A stretch of DNA of 64,000 bases, taken from NCBI GenBank assembly GCA_963712755.1, contig CAVQIY010000001.1:72192-136191 (forward strand), read 5' to 3'. Position 1 is the stretch's first letter. Every line of letters starts with the position of its first letter. Source of the DNA: an uncultured Gammaproteobacteria bacterium (GTDB taxonomy: Bacteria > Pseudomonadota > Gammaproteobacteria > Steroidobacterales > Woeseiaceae). A model generated the notes under the pieces. The model was not told where the DNA came from. It searched no databases and worked only from the letters and a program-made list of their open reading frames with translations. Positions 30,216-40,706 of the stretch are shown piece after piece. Both the position numbers and the translations under genes were made by a program.

Positions 30216-31160
30216 TCAGCTTTCCAGCCGGGCGCCCGGCGCGTCGAGCGGACTCACCCACGACTGGCACTCGATGCCGAGTGCCCGGCACGCCTGCTCC
30301 ATCGCGCTCGCGAGGTTGACCGCCCTGCGTTCCTCGCACAAGGCAAAAATGCTGGGCCCGCTGCCCGACAGGCTGCAGCCGAGGGCGCCGGCGCGCAGGG
30401 CCGCGTCCTTCACGCCCTCGAAGCACGGCACTGCCGCGGCGCGCTGCGGCTCGATCACCACGTCACGCAGCGTGCGGCCGATCAGGTCGACGTCCCCGGC
30501 CATGCAGCCCGCGATGAACCCCGCCAGGTAGCCCTGCTGCTGCAGCCATTGCTGCATGGAGTAGCCCTTGGCCAGGCCGCGGCGCGCATGCGCCGTGTTG
30601 ACCTGGAGTTCCGGATGCAGCAGCACGACGCTCACGCCCGCAGGCACCGGAAGTCGCACGACCTCGGGAAGCAGCACCGTCGGGCACAGGACCAGGCCGC
30701 CGAGCAGGCTCGGCGCGACGTTGTCCGCGTGCAGCCCGCCGCTCGCGTATTGCTCGCCTTCGAGTGCGAACGGCAGCAATGCGGCGTGGTCGAGCGGCTC
30801 GTCGAGCAATGCATTGACCGCAACGACCGCCGCCACCGCGGACGCCGCCGAACTGCCCATGCCGGACTGCAGCGGCACGCCCTTGTGAACCTTGAGCGCG
30901 GCGCCGCCCGTCGCACCGGCAGCATCCCACAGCGCCTGCGCGGCGATGGAGGCGGTGTTCTGGCGGGGATCATTCGACAGGTAGGGGTGGATCTCGCCGT
31001 CGAGGCCGCGCACCTCGTCAATCGAGATGCCCGCGGATGCACTGCGCGCCGCAATCACCCGGTCGCCGGCGCCGCCGCCCAGCGCCAGGCCGAGCATGTC
31101 GAAACCGACGCCGACGTTGCCGATCGATGCCGGTGCGAACGCCGTTACCGCGTCAGACAT
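30216..31160 (-). CDS. thrB: homoserine kinase (GHMP family)
   Basis: 314 aa with APASIGNVGVGFDMLG and the GHMP motif PLQSGMGSSAASAVA. Confidence 0.9.
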   Translation of the reverse strand: MSDAVTAFAPASIGNVGVGFDMLGLALGGGAGDRVIAARSASAGISIDEVRGLDGEIHPYLSNDPRQNTASIAAQALWDAAGATGGAALKVHKGVPLQSGMGSSAASAVAAVVAVNALLDEPLDHAALLPFALEGEQYASGGLHADNVAPSLLGGLVLCPTVLLPEVVRLPVPAGVSVVLLHPELQVNTAHARRGLAKGYSMQQWLQQQGYLAGFIAGCMAGDVDLIGRTLRDVVIEPQRAAAVPCFEGVKDAALRAGALGCSLSGSGPSIFALCEERRAVNLASAMEQACRALGIECQSWVSPLDAPGARLES

Positions 31161-33672
31161 AGCCCGCCCCGGTACTGAGGTAGTTGGCGAGCCGCAGCAG
31201 GTCGGCGAACACGCCGGCGGCGGTCACCTCCGGCCCGGCGCCCGGCCCCTGCACGACGAGCGGGTTGGCGGAATAGCGATCCGACTTGAACTGCACGATG
31301 TTGTCGGTCAGGTTGATGTTGCAGAACGGGTGGTCCGGCGCCACGGCCTCGAGCCCGACGGACGCCTCGCCCCCGGCCTCGAAGCGCGCCACGTAACGCA
31401 GTTGCCGCCCCTGCTTCACGGCGTCGCGGTACAGCGCCTCGACCTCGTGGTCGAACTCCGGCAACCGGGCCAGGAACTCGTCGATACTGCAGTCCTCGAG
31501 CGACTCCGGAACAAGGCTCTGGACCGGGAAATCGCCGATCTCGATGTGTTCGCCGAGCTCCCGCGCCAGGATCGTCAGCTTGCGGGCGACGTCCATGCCG
31601 GACAGGTCGTCGCGCGGATCGGGCTCGGTGAAGCCGTTTTCCCGGGCCTCGCGAACGATGTCGGAGAACGGCCGCGAGCCGTCGTACACGTTGAACAGGT
31701 ACGCGAGCGTGCCGGAGAAGATACCCTGCACGGAATGCACGTCGTCGCCGGTGTGTACCAGGTCGCAGAGCGTGGTGATCACGGGCAGTGCCGCGCCCAC
31801 CGTGGTCTCGTAGAAATAATGCGCGCTGCCCTCGTTGGCCGCCGCCTGCAGCGCCCTGTAATTCTCCAGGGGGCCGCTGAAGGCCTTCTTGTTCGGCGTG
31901 ATCACGTGCACGCCGCGCGACAGCCATCCGGTGTATTGCGACGCGATGAACTCGCTGGCCGTGCAGTCGATGATGATCGCGTGCGGCAGGTGGTCCGGGT
32001 TCACGTGCGCTTCGAAGGCGGCGAGGTCCAGTTCCACGGCGCCGTTCGCGAACGCGGACTGCCAGTCGGCGAGATCGATGCGGCGGTCGCCGAGCAGCAT
32101 GCCGTCAGAGCGCGCGATGCCGCGCACGCGCAGGTCGAGATTGAAGCGGTTCTCCAGGCGCGCGTGCTGCTTTTCGATTTGCCGCAGCAGCGCGCTGCCG
32201 ACGGTGCCGGGGCCGATCAGGCCGATCGAGACCGTCTTCCTCGACAGGTAGAAGCCCGAGTGCGCAGCCCGCAGCGCGCGGGTCGCCTCCTCGGCATCGA
32301 CCACGGCCGAGATGTTGCGCTCCGACGAGCCCTGCGCGATGGCGCGCACGTTGATGCCCGCGCGTGCCAGCGTGCCGAAGAATCGCGCCGCGACACCGGG
32401 CGTGCCGGCCATGCCGTCGCCGACCACGGCCACGATGCTCTGCGAGTCGGTCACGTCGACGCTGTGGATCTGCCCGCTCGCCAGTTCCTCCGCGAAGGCG
32501 TCGGAGATGACCTGCCGCGCCCGCTCCGCGAGTACTCGCGGCACCGCGATGCAGATCGAATGCTCGGAACTGGCCTGCGAGATCAGCGTCACCGACACGC
32601 CGGCGTTCTTGAGTGCTCCGAACAGGCGATCCGCGGTTCCCGGCACGCCGATCATGCCCGCGCCTTCGAGGTTGACCAGCGCCATGTCGCCGATCGCCGT
32701 GATCCCCTTGATGCTGTCCCCGACCGCTGCGTCCGCCGCGATGCGGCTGCCCGGATGACCCGGGTTGCGGCTGTTGCGGATGAACACCGGGATTTCGTTG
32801 TCGATCACCGGGCCCAGGGTCTGCGGATGAATGACCTTGGCGCCGAAATACGCCAGCTCCATCGCCTCGTTGTAGGTGAGCTGCTCGATAACACGCGCCT
32901 CGGGCACGCGATTCGGATCGGCACTCATCACGCCGTCGACGTCCGTCCAGATACTGAGCTCGCAGGCGCTGGCAAGTGCCGCGAAAATCGCCGCCGAAAA
33001 ATCGCTGCCATTGCGGCCGAGCGTCGTCTGCAGGCCCGCCTCGTCCGTGGCGATGAACCCGGTCATGACCGCGATCCCGGCAAAATCGGCCGGCACGGCC
33101 CTGGCGAAATTCTCCCGCGAGGTATCCCACAGCACCGTGGGCCCGAGTTCGGTCTGGCGGACCGTGATGACCTTTCTCGCATCGACCCAGCTGCCGCCGC
33201 GGTCCGGCGCAAGTTGCCCGAACAGCGCGGCCAGCAGGCGTGCGGACCAGATCTCGCCGTAGCCGGCGACGATGTCACGGCTTCTCTGCGGCGCCGAGCG
33301 AACGAGCGCGACTGCCTTCAGTACGTCGCGGATGTCCTCGGCATCCTGCCCCCAATTATCGAGAACCTGCACAAGCGCCTCGCCCCGCAGCAGCGCCTTT
33401 GCGGTTTGCGCATACCGCTCGCCGATGGCGTTGAGGGCGGCCTCGTAGCCGCTGTCGTCACGCTCGGCCTGGCTGGCGAGGTTCAGCAACGCGTCGGTCA
33501 TGCCCCCCATGGCGGAGACGACGACCCCGAGCCGCTTTGCGGGCCGCTCCAGCATGAGGCCGGCTACGCGATTGAAGCAGTCTGCGTCCGCGAGGCTCGA
33601 GCCCCCGAACTTGTGAATTTTCCAGCGATCTTTCGACAATTGCCCGTGCGCCCTGTACGCAAAACGCTGCAT
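31153..33672 (-). CDS. thrA: bifunctional aspartokinase / homoserine dehydrogenase
   Basis: 839 aa with KFGGSSL (aspartokinase), ACT region and a C-terminal homoserine dehydrogenase (IGLIGPGTVGSALL). Confidence 0.9.
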   Translation of the reverse strand: MQRFAYRAHGQLSKDRWKIHKFGGSSLADADCFNRVAGLMLERPAKRLGVVVSAMGGMTDALLNLASQAERDDSGYEAALNAIGERYAQTAKALLRGEALVQVLDNWGQDAEDIRDVLKAVALVRSAPQRSRDIVAGYGEIWSARLLAALFGQLAPDRGGSWVDARKVITVRQTELGPTVLWDTSRENFARAVPADFAGIAVMTGFIATDEAGLQTTLGRNGSDFSAAIFAALASACELSIWTDVDGVMSADPNRVPEARVIEQLTYNEAMELAYFGAKVIHPQTLGPVIDNEIPVFIRNSRNPGHPGSRIAADAAVGDSIKGITAIGDMALVNLEGAGMIGVPGTADRLFGALKNAGVSVTLISQASSEHSICIAVPRVLAERARQVISDAFAEELASGQIHSVDVTDSQSIVAVVGDGMAGTPGVAARFFGTLARAGINVRAIAQGSSERNISAVVDAEEATRALRAAHSGFYLSRKTVSIGLIGPGTVGSALLRQIEKQHARLENRFNLDLRVRGIARSDGMLLGDRRIDLADWQSAFANGAVELDLAAFEAHVNPDHLPHAIIIDCTASEFIASQYTGWLSRGVHVITPNKKAFSGPLENYRALQAAANEGSAHYFYETTVGAALPVITTLCDLVHTGDDVHSVQGIFSGTLAYLFNVYDGSRPFSDIVREARENGFTEPDPRDDLSGMDVARKLTILARELGEHIEIGDFPVQSLVPESLEDCSIDEFLARLPEFDHEVEALYRDAVKQGRQLRYVARFEAGGEASVGLEAVAPDHPFCNINLTDNIVQFKSDRYSANPLVVQGPGAGPEVTAAGVFADLLRLANYLSTGAGYV

Positions 33673-33748
33673 GATAACGGCAGTTTTCGGCGCCGTCGCC
33701 TGTTTTATCTGAAACGAAAATGCCGCGCGAAAAGGGACGCGAGGAGAA

Positions 33749-33824
33749 TGGTGGGGGCACTAGGATTCGAACCTAGGACCAGCGGCTTAAAAGGCCGATG
33801 CTCTACCGACTGAGCTATACCCCC
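33749..33824 (-). tRNA. tRNA-Lys (anticodon UUU), CCA encoded
   Basis: The reverse complement reads GGGGGTATAGCTCAGTCGGTAGAGCATCGGCCTTTTAAGCCGCTGGTCCTAGGTTCGAATCCTAGTGCCCCCACCA. It folds as a cloverleaf with anticodon loop CTTTTAA and T-loop GGTTCGAATCC. Its position after cpoB matches the enterobacterial lysT synteny. Confidence 0.9.
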
Positions 33825-33863
33825 GGCGTGCTGGCGACACGGGCTCTGGCCGCGAGGCCGCGC

Positions 33864-33891
33864 ATGATACCGCAAAGCCGCGAAATGACAA
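33864..33891 (-). promoter_or_regulatory. candidate sigma70 promoter of tRNA-Lys with GC-rich discriminator
   Basis: The minus strand reads TTGTCA-16 nt-TATCAT followed by GCGCGGCC, about 40 nt upstream of the mature tRNA 5' end. Confidence 0.45.
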
Positions 33892-33902
33892 GCAATGCGC
33901 CG

Positions 33903-34676
33903 TCAGACGCCCTCGGACCCCATGCGCTCGAGGCGCTGCCCGGCGAGCCGCGCGGCGGTCGTCTCCGGGTAATCCGCCTGCACCTTGGAGAGGGCCGAGC
34001 GCGCCGCATCCCAGCGTTCCAGCTCGTAGTTGCAATAGCCCATCTTCAGCAATGCGTCGGGCACCTTGCGTGAGCGCGGGTAATCGTTGATCACGGTCTG
34101 GAACGACGACAGCGCCTGCTCGAACTTCTGCGTCACGTAGTAGGACTCGGCCAGCCAGTACTGGGCGTTGTCGGCCAGTTCGCTGTCCGGGTAGGTCGTC
34201 AGAAACTGCTTGAACGCCTGCGCCGCCGGTTCGTAGCGCTGCTCCTTGAGCAACTCGAACGCCGCCTGGTAGTTGTCACGATCCGAACCGCCCGGCACCG
34301 GCAACTGCCCCGGCGGCAGCGGCCCGCCTTCGAGCACGCTGACCGAGCCACGCGCCTGCAGCTTGCTCTCGATGCCCTGGATGCGGGCGTCGAGGTCGGC
34401 GTACAGTTCGCGCTGGCGCTCGTAGGTCGTCGACGCGTTGTACTCGATCTCCTCGGCGGTGCCCTGAATTTCATCGACGCGCCGTTCGAGCGTCCCCAGC
34501 TGCTGGGTCATCGTCACGAGGCTCTGGTTCTGCACGACGCGCTCGATCGCCTGCAGGCGCTGATCCAGCTCTTCCAGCTTGATCAGCACCGGGTCTTCGC
34601 CCGGCGGCGTGACGGCCAGGCACCCGGACATCACCAGGGCTGCCGGTAAGACTGCGAGGCTACGACTGCCTTTCAC
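33903..34676 (-). CDS. cpoB: Tol-Pal system protein CpoB/YbgF (coiled coil plus TPR)
   Basis: Lies in ORF 33903..34796, with a GTG start at 34676 giving VKGSRSLAVLPAALVMSGC (signal). There is a coiled coil (LEELDQRLQAIERVV...) and C-terminal TPRs (YQAAFELLKEQRYEPAAQAFKQFL...). It is the last gene of the tol-pal cluster. Confidence 0.85.
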   Translation of the reverse strand: MKGSRSLAVLPAALVMSGCLAVTPPGEDPVLIKLEELDQRLQAIERVVQNQSLVTMTQQLGTLERRVDEIQGTAEEIEYNASTTYERQRELYADLDARIQGIESKLQARGSVSVLEGGPLPPGQLPVPGGSDRDNYQAAFELLKEQRYEPAAQAFKQFLTTYPDSELADNAQYWLAESYYVTQKFEQALSSFQTVINDYPRSRKVPDALLKMGYCNYELERWDAARSALSKVQADYPETTAARLAGQRLERMGSEGV

Positions 34677-34695
34677 GATTCGATCACCCGTGTTT

Positions 34696-35220
34696 CTAGT
34701 TGGTGTACTTGATCTCGACGCGGCGATTTTGTTCCCAGGATTCCTCGTCGCTGCCCAGCGCCACCGGGCGCTCCTCGCCGAAGCTGACGGTCGCAATCTG
34801 CGCGGCCGAGGCGCCCTGGATCATGAGCATGCGCCGCACCGACTGCGCGCGGCGCTCGCCGAGGCCGATGTTGTATTCGCGCGAGCCGCGCTCGTCGGCA
34901 TGGCCCTCGAGCCGCACGCGCACGGCCGGGTCATTGGCCAGGATCAGCGCATGGCGCGCGACGATATCGGTGAAGTCCGCGCGGACTTCGGACGAGTCGA
35001 AGTCGAAGAAGATGACGTGCGCGAGTTCGCCCGCCGTGTAGTCGTCGTCCAGCGCCTCGCCGCCGCCCATCGGGTCGTCGCCGTAAACGTCGGTATCTGC
35101 GCCGACGCCCGCCGGGTCGTAGGTCGCGTCGCCGGGCTCCGGATCGGGCACCTTGTTCGACGCGCAGCCGACGAGCAGCGCGAGCATCAGCGTGGTTGCA
35201 GCCAGTTTGTAGTTGAGCAT
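34696..35220 (-). CDS. pal: peptidoglycan-associated lipoprotein Pal
   Basis: 174 aa with lipobox LLVGC and an OmpA-like domain (FDFDSSEVR...LEGHADERGSREYNIGLGERRA). Confidence 0.95.
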   Translation of the reverse strand: MLNYKLAATTLMLALLVGCASNKVPDPEPGDATYDPAGVGADTDVYGDDPMGGGEALDDDYTAGELAHVIFFDFDSSEVRADFTDIVARHALILANDPAVRVRLEGHADERGSREYNIGLGERRAQSVRRMLMIQGASAAQIATVSFGEERPVALGSDEESWEQNRRVEIKYTN

Positions 35221-35279
35221 GTTGTCGTCCTTTGCGAAGTGTACGATTCCGGCTAGGTCGGAATTAAATTAAAACAATA

Positions 35280-35305
35280 GGTTACTGGCCTTTTCTTAAG
35301 TAACC
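35280..35305 (-). terminator. stem-loop plus U-rich tail between tolB and pal (possible attenuator or processing site)
   Basis: On the minus strand GGTTACT-12 nt-AGTAACC is followed by CTATTGTTTTAATTTAATT. It lies in an AT-rich 94-bp spacer. Confidence 0.4.
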
Positions 35306-35314
35306 CATCAATGT

Positions 35315-36617
35315 CTAGTAGCGCGGGAACGGCGACCAGACCGGTTCCCGCACGTCGCCCTGCCCGGACCTGACGCGCTGCCGGATCAGTCCGTCGGCCG
35401 TCACGGTCTCGAGCACGCCGTTTTTCGCCTGGCGCGTAGCATAGATCAGCGTATCGCTGTTCGGCGCAAAACTGGGCGACTCGTCCTGCTGTCCCGCGGA
35501 GACGATCAGCAGCTCCTTGCTCTTGAGATCCATCACCGCGATGCGGTAGTTGCCGCGATCGAGATGCACCATTGCAAGGCGCTTGCCGTCCTCCGACAGC
35601 CGTGGCCGCGCATTATAACTCCCCTCGAAGGTCACACGCTCGGGCGTGCCGCCGGCGGCCGGGACCCGGTAAACCTGTGGTCCGCCGCTGCGATCGGAGG
35701 TGAAATAGATATAGCGGCCGTCGGGCGACCAGCTGCTTTCCGTGTCGATCGCACGGTGCGTCGTCAGCCGCCGCGTCTGCCGCGTCGACAGGTCCAGCAC
35801 GTGGATGTCCAGGTTGCCGTCGAGGCCGCCCAGGGTCAGGGCCAGCTGCCGGCCATCCGGCGAAAACGAAGGAGCGCCGTTGATTCCGGGCTTGTTGGAC
35901 ACCTGGATGCGGTTGCCGGTACGCAGCGTCTGCACCCACACCGACGAGCGGTCGTTCTCGAACGAGACGTACGCGAGTCGCCGGCTGTCCGGCGACCAGG
36001 CCGGCGACATGATCGGATCCTTGCTCTGCATGACGACGGTCTCGTTGAAGCCGTCGTGGTCCGCAACGACGAGGCGGTAGGTCTGTCCCTGCGGGTTGCG
36101 CTCCGCGGTGATGAACGCCACCTTGGTCGCGAACACGCCTTTGATGCCCGTGAGCTTCTCGTAGATCATGTCGGCCGCGCGGTGCGCGACGATGCGCATC
36201 GTGCCGCGGCTTGCCGGGATGCGGTAGCCGACGAGTTGCTCGCGGCGGAACACGTCGAACAGCTGGAAGCTCACGTCGTAGGCATTGTCCCCCGTCTGGG
36301 TGACTCGGCCGACGACCACGGCCTCTGCCTTGACGAAGGACCAGTCATCGAAGTCGAGTTCCGCCCCCGTGGTCGGCTTCTGCAGCATGTTTTCCTCGGG
36401 GATCGGTGCGAAGCGCCCGCTCCGCTGCAGGTCCGCCGCGATCACTTCGGCGATATCGAGGGGCATGTCGGCCGGCCCGGCCCGACCAGCCGAACGGCAC
36501 GACCGCTACGGGCGTGCGGGCCACGCCGCCCTGGGTGATCTCGACCGTGATGTCAGCAAAGGCGCTGCCCGCAAACAGGCACGCCGCGAATCCCGCGATA
36601 ATTGCATTTCTAAGCAC
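35315..36617 (-). pseudogene. tolB: Tol-Pal system beta-propeller protein TolB, interrupted by a +1 frameshift at about 36467-36486 (likely assembly indel)
   Basis: ORF 36345..36617 gives the signal peptide plus ITVEITQGGVARTPVAVVPFGWSGRAG. ORF 35315..36466 continues MPLDIAEVIAADLQRSGRFAPIP and the propeller. Deleting one base in GGCCGGGCCGGCC restores a 433-aa TolB. Confidence 0.85.
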
Positions 36618-36646
36618 GATGAACGTCTTCCTCCGTCATTGGCGGG

Positions 36647-37501
36647 CTATTGTTCAGGAATGAAGCGAAAGCGCAAGTTCGGGTCGAATAACAGCCGGTT
36701 ATCGGGCAACGGCAACGGCGATGCCTTGTAGACCGCGGCCTCGATGGATCGTTCGACCGCCGCGTCACCGTTGCAGCTTACCACCCGCGCCGAAATGACC
36801 TCGCCCGTTGCCGACTGCCGCACCTGGACCACGCAGTCCAGCCCGGCCTGCGCGCTGGCCGGGCGTGCCCAGTTGCGCAGGACTTTCTGTTGCAGCGCGA
36901 ACTGGTAGGCCGCCATTTCCGTGGAATTCATGGCTGCCATGCGCGCCGCTTCCTCGTCGACGGCGCTCTGCAGCGCGGCCTCTTCCGCTTCGCGCCGCTT
37001 GCGCTCGTTTTCCGCGCGTTGCCGTTCGATCTCGCGCTGCCGCTCGAGCTCGGCCTCCTGGCGCTTGCGCTCGAGCTCGGCCTCCTGCTCGCGCTTGCGG
37101 CGGGCCTCGTCCTCGCGCTTGCGCCGTTCGGCTTCCTCGCGCTTGCGCTGCTCCTCGGCCTGCTGTTGCCGCCTGATCTCCTCGAGCCGCTGCTGCTCGA
37201 CGAGCGCATCCTGCTGCCGCTTGGCTTCCTCGGCGGCCAGCCGCGCCTGCTCCTCCGCCGCGGTATCGACATCCGGCGGCGGTTCCTTTTCGACGACCGG
37301 CGGCGGTTCCGGCTCCGGCTTCTTCGTCACCGGCGGCGGCAGCACCGTACTGTCGGCGACGAGCGTGCCCTTGATCACCAGCGGCATCGGCGTCGGCTTG
37401 CGCGACGTGAAGTCGAACGCGAAGAACATGGATGCCCCGATCATGGCGTGCAGCAGCAGCGCCATGAACATGGGAACGATATTGTGGCGATCCTGGATCA
37501 C
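36647..37501 (-). CDS. tolA: cell envelope integrity protein TolA
   Basis: 284 aa with an N-terminal TM helix, a Pro-rich linker, a long E/K/R/Q/A helical domain and a C-terminal TolA domain. Confidence 0.9.
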   Translation of the reverse strand: MIQDRHNIVPMFMALLLHAMIGASMFFAFDFTSRKPTPMPLVIKGTLVADSTVLPPPVTKKPEPEPPPVVEKEPPPDVDTAAEEQARLAAEEAKRQQDALVEQQRLEEIRRQQQAEEQRKREEAERRKREDEARRKREQEAELERKRQEAELERQREIERQRAENERKRREAEEAALQSAVDEEAARMAAMNSTEMAAYQFALQQKVLRNWARPASAQAGLDCVVQVRQSATGEVISARVVSCNGDAAVERSIEAAVYKASPLPLPDNRLLFDPNLRFRFIPEQ

Positions 37502-37504
37502 GCG

Positions 37505-37948
37505 CTACTCGGGAATCGGGTAGGTGTCCAGCGGGTCCGTGACGAAGCCGATACTCTCCGCACCGCCCTGTTGCAGCACGACCATCGCGCCGACCACGTT
37601 GCCGTACGGCACGGCGCGATCGGCCTTGACCAGTATCTGCGTCTCGGGACTCGTGCGCAGCACGATGCCGACGCGGCGGATGACCTCTTCGCCCGACGTC
37701 GGCTGGTCCTCGTCGTCGCCGACGTTGATGTAGAGGTTGCCCTCCTTGTCCACGCTCAGCACCAGCGGCGGCGTGTTCGGCACGTCCTGGATCGGCTCCG
37801 CCGCGGCTTTCGGCAGGTCGACCTCGATGCCCTGCGTCAGCAGCGGCGCCGTGACCATGAAGATGACGAGCAGCACCAGCATGACGTCGATGTACGGCAC
37901 GACGTTGATCTCGCCCATGAGCTTGCGTTTTTGCAATGGCGTAGGCAT
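37505..37948 (-). CDS. tolR: TolR (ExbD/TolR family)
   Basis: 147 aa with INVVPYIDVMLVLLVIFMV, the conserved Asp-containing TM helix. Confidence 0.9.
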   Translation of the reverse strand: MPTPLQKRKLMGEINVVPYIDVMLVLLVIFMVTAPLLTQGIEVDLPKAAAEPIQDVPNTPPLVLSVDKEGNLYINVGDDEDQPTSGEEVIRRVGIVLRTSPETQILVKADRAVPYGNVVGAMVVLQQGGAESIGFVTDPLDTYPIPE

Positions 37949-37952
37949 CGGC

Positions 37953-38632
<680 letters not shown>

Positions 38633-38636
<4 letters not shown>

Positions 38637-39058
38637 GATGGATTTTCCTCGAATAGCGACGCCGGCACACGCTGCGGTTTCAGCGTGTCGGCATTCAGAA
38701 AAGCGGCACGAACACCGCCCCGGCAGCAAACGGTGCCGTCGAGGCTGTCGCGATAAATCACCTGCTCGATGTCGAAGGTGGCGCGGCTCAGGCCCGAAAG
38801 CCGTGCCGTGACGATCAACTCGTCATTGAACCGCGCAGGCACGATGAAGTCGAGCTCCGTGCGGGTCACGACGAACATGCGCCGTTCCTCGTTCAGCATG
38901 CGTTCCTGGTTGACGCCCAGGGCACGCAGCCATTCCGTGCGCGCGCGCTCCATGAAGCGGAAATAGTTGGCGTAGTACACGACGCCCTGCGCGTCGGTGT
39001 CTTCGTAGTAAACGCGCACGGGCCATGCGAAGGGTTTTGTCGCAGTTGCATCTGCCAT
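38633..39058 (-). CDS. ybgC: tol-pal-associated acyl-CoA thioesterase YbgC (4HBT hotdog)
   Basis: 141 aa with VRVYYEDTDAQGVVYYANYFRFMERART, a typical YbgC N-terminus with the catalytic Asp. Confidence 0.9.
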
Positions 39059-39065
39059 GGGCGTT

Positions 39066-40115
39066 TCATTCCCTGTCGAACAATGGCAATTCGGGCGGCG
39101 CCTCGGCCGCGGGCGGCTTCAGGCCGAAGTGCAGGTAGGCGTTTTTCGTCGCGACGCGGCCGCGCGCGGTACGCATCATGAACCCCTGCTGGATCAGGTA
39201 CGGCTCCAGGACGTCCTCGATCGTGCCGCGCTCCTCGCCGATGGCCGCGGCAAGGCTGTCGATGCCCACCGGGCCGCCGTCGAACTTGTCGATGATGGTG
39301 CGCAACAGGCGCCGGTCCATCGCGTCGAATCCGTGCGGGTCGACCTGCAGCATGTCCATGGCGCTGCTGGCGACGGCACCGGTGACGACGCCGTCCGCCT
39401 CCACCTCGGCATAGTCACGCACCCGCCGCAGCAGGCGATTCGCGATGCGCGGCGTGCCGCGAGCACGCTTCGCGATCTGCCGCGCGCCTTCCTCCTCGAG
39501 GGGCAGCTGCAGTATCTCGGCGGAGCGCCGCGCGATGGCCTCGAGCTCGTCCTCGGAATAGAACTCCAGCCGCTGCACGATACCGAAGCGGTCGCGCAGC
39601 GGCGACGTCAGCAGTCCCGCGCGCGTCGTCGCCCCCACCAGGGTGAACGGCTGCAGGTCCAGCTTGATGGAACGCGCGGCCGGTCCCTCGCCGATCATGA
39701 TGTCGAGCTGGAAATCCTCCATCGCCGGGTACAGCACCTCCTCGACGACCGGGCTCAGCCGGTGGATTTCGTCGACGAACAGCACGTCGTTCGGCTCGAG
39801 GTTGGTGAGGATCGCTGCGAGGTCGCCCGGGCGCTCCAGCACCGGACCGGAGGTGTGCCGCAGGTTCACCCGCATCTCGTTGGCGACGATATGCGCGAGC
39901 GTGGTCTTGCCCAGCCCGGGCGGACCGAAAATGAGCACGTGATCGAGCGACTCGCCGCGCTTTCGGGCCGCTTCGATGAAGATCCCCATCTGTTGCTTGA
40001 CGCCCGGCTGGCCGACGTACTCCGTTAGCAGCTTCGGCCGGATGGCGCGGTCGAACTGCCGGTCCTCGAGCTTCGGCTCGCCGCTGGTCAGCCGATCGTG
40101 TTCGATTCCCGTCAT
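39066..40115 (-). CDS. ruvB: Holliday junction branch migration ATPase RuvB
   Basis: 349 aa with Walker [10 protein letters not shown], Walker [10 protein letters not shown] and the sensor region. Confidence 0.95.
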   Translation of the reverse strand: MTGIEHDRLTSGEPKLEDRQFDRAIRPKLLTEYVGQPGVKQQMGIFIEAARKRGESLDHVLIFGPPGLGKTTLAHIVANEMRVNLRHTSGPVLERPGDLAAILTNLEPNDVLFVDEIHRLSPVVEEVLYPAMEDFQLDIMIGEGPAARSIKLDLQPFTLVGATTRAGLLTSPLRDRFGIVQRLEFYSEDELEAIARRSAEILQLPLEEEGARQIAKRARGTPRIANRLLRRVRDYAEVEADGVVTGAVASSAMDMLQVDPHGFDAMDRRLLRTIIDKFDGGPVGIDSLAAAIGEERGTIEDVLEPYLIQQGFMMRTARGRVATKNAYLHFGLKPPAAEAPPELPLFDRE

Positions 40116-40118
40116 GGT

Positions 40119-40706
40119 CTAGAGCGCCACCTGTCGCAATGCGAGCCGGATGATATCCTCCGCCGACTTGCCGTCAACATCGAGTTCACCAATCAGTTTC
40201 TGGACCTCGCGCGGCTTGTAGCCGAGCGAGATCAGCGCATCGACGGCTTCCGACTTCGCGCCCGCTTCCGTTTCGACCCTCGTGGCACCGATTTGTGCGG
40301 ATGGCTTGTCGATGCGATCGCGCATCTCGATGATCAGGCGTTCGGCGGTCTTCTTGCCGATGCCGGGCACCTTCACCAGCGACGCGGTGTCCTCGTACTC
40401 GACGCAGCGCCTGAAGCCTTCGACAGTCATCGCCGACAGCACGGCAAGCCCCATCTTCGCACCCACTCCGCTGATCCGCAGCAGCATGCGGAACAGCGCC
40501 CGCTCTTCCTGGGTGGCGAAGCCGTAGAGCATCTGCGCATCCTCGCGAACCACCAGGTGCGTGAACAGGAACAGTTCGTTGCCCATCGGCGGCAGCTCGA
40601 GAAACGTCGACATCGGCGTCTCGACTTCGTAGCCGACGCCGTGGCACTCGATGATGACCGTCGGCGCCTGCTTGAGCGTCAGCCGGCCGCGCAGCGAGCC
40701 TATCAT
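40119..40706 (-). CDS. ruvA: Holliday junction DNA helicase subunit RuvA
   Basis: The internal Met of ORF 40119..40949 gives MIGSLRGRLTLKQAPTVIIECHGVGYEVETP. HhH motifs are present (ISGVGAKMGLAVL, VPGIGKKTAERL). Confidence 0.95.
   Translation of the reverse strand: MIGSLRGRLTLKQAPTVIIECHGVGYEVETPMSTFLELPPMGNELFLFTHLVVREDAQMLYGFATQEERALFRMLLRISGVGAKMGLAVLSAMTVEGFRRCVEYEDTASLVKVPGIGKKTAERLIIEMRDRIDKPSAQIGATRVETEAGAKSEAVDALISLGYKPREVQKLIGELDVDGKSAEDIIRLALRQVAL

Noticed and set aside
33673-33748. thr operon leader peptide or attenuator upstream of thrA.
   Set aside because: No short ORF rich in Thr/Ile codons and no alternative-hairpin arrangement could be found in the 76-bp spacer. Only a weak stem with a T-rich tail is present, plausibly the tRNA-Lys terminator.
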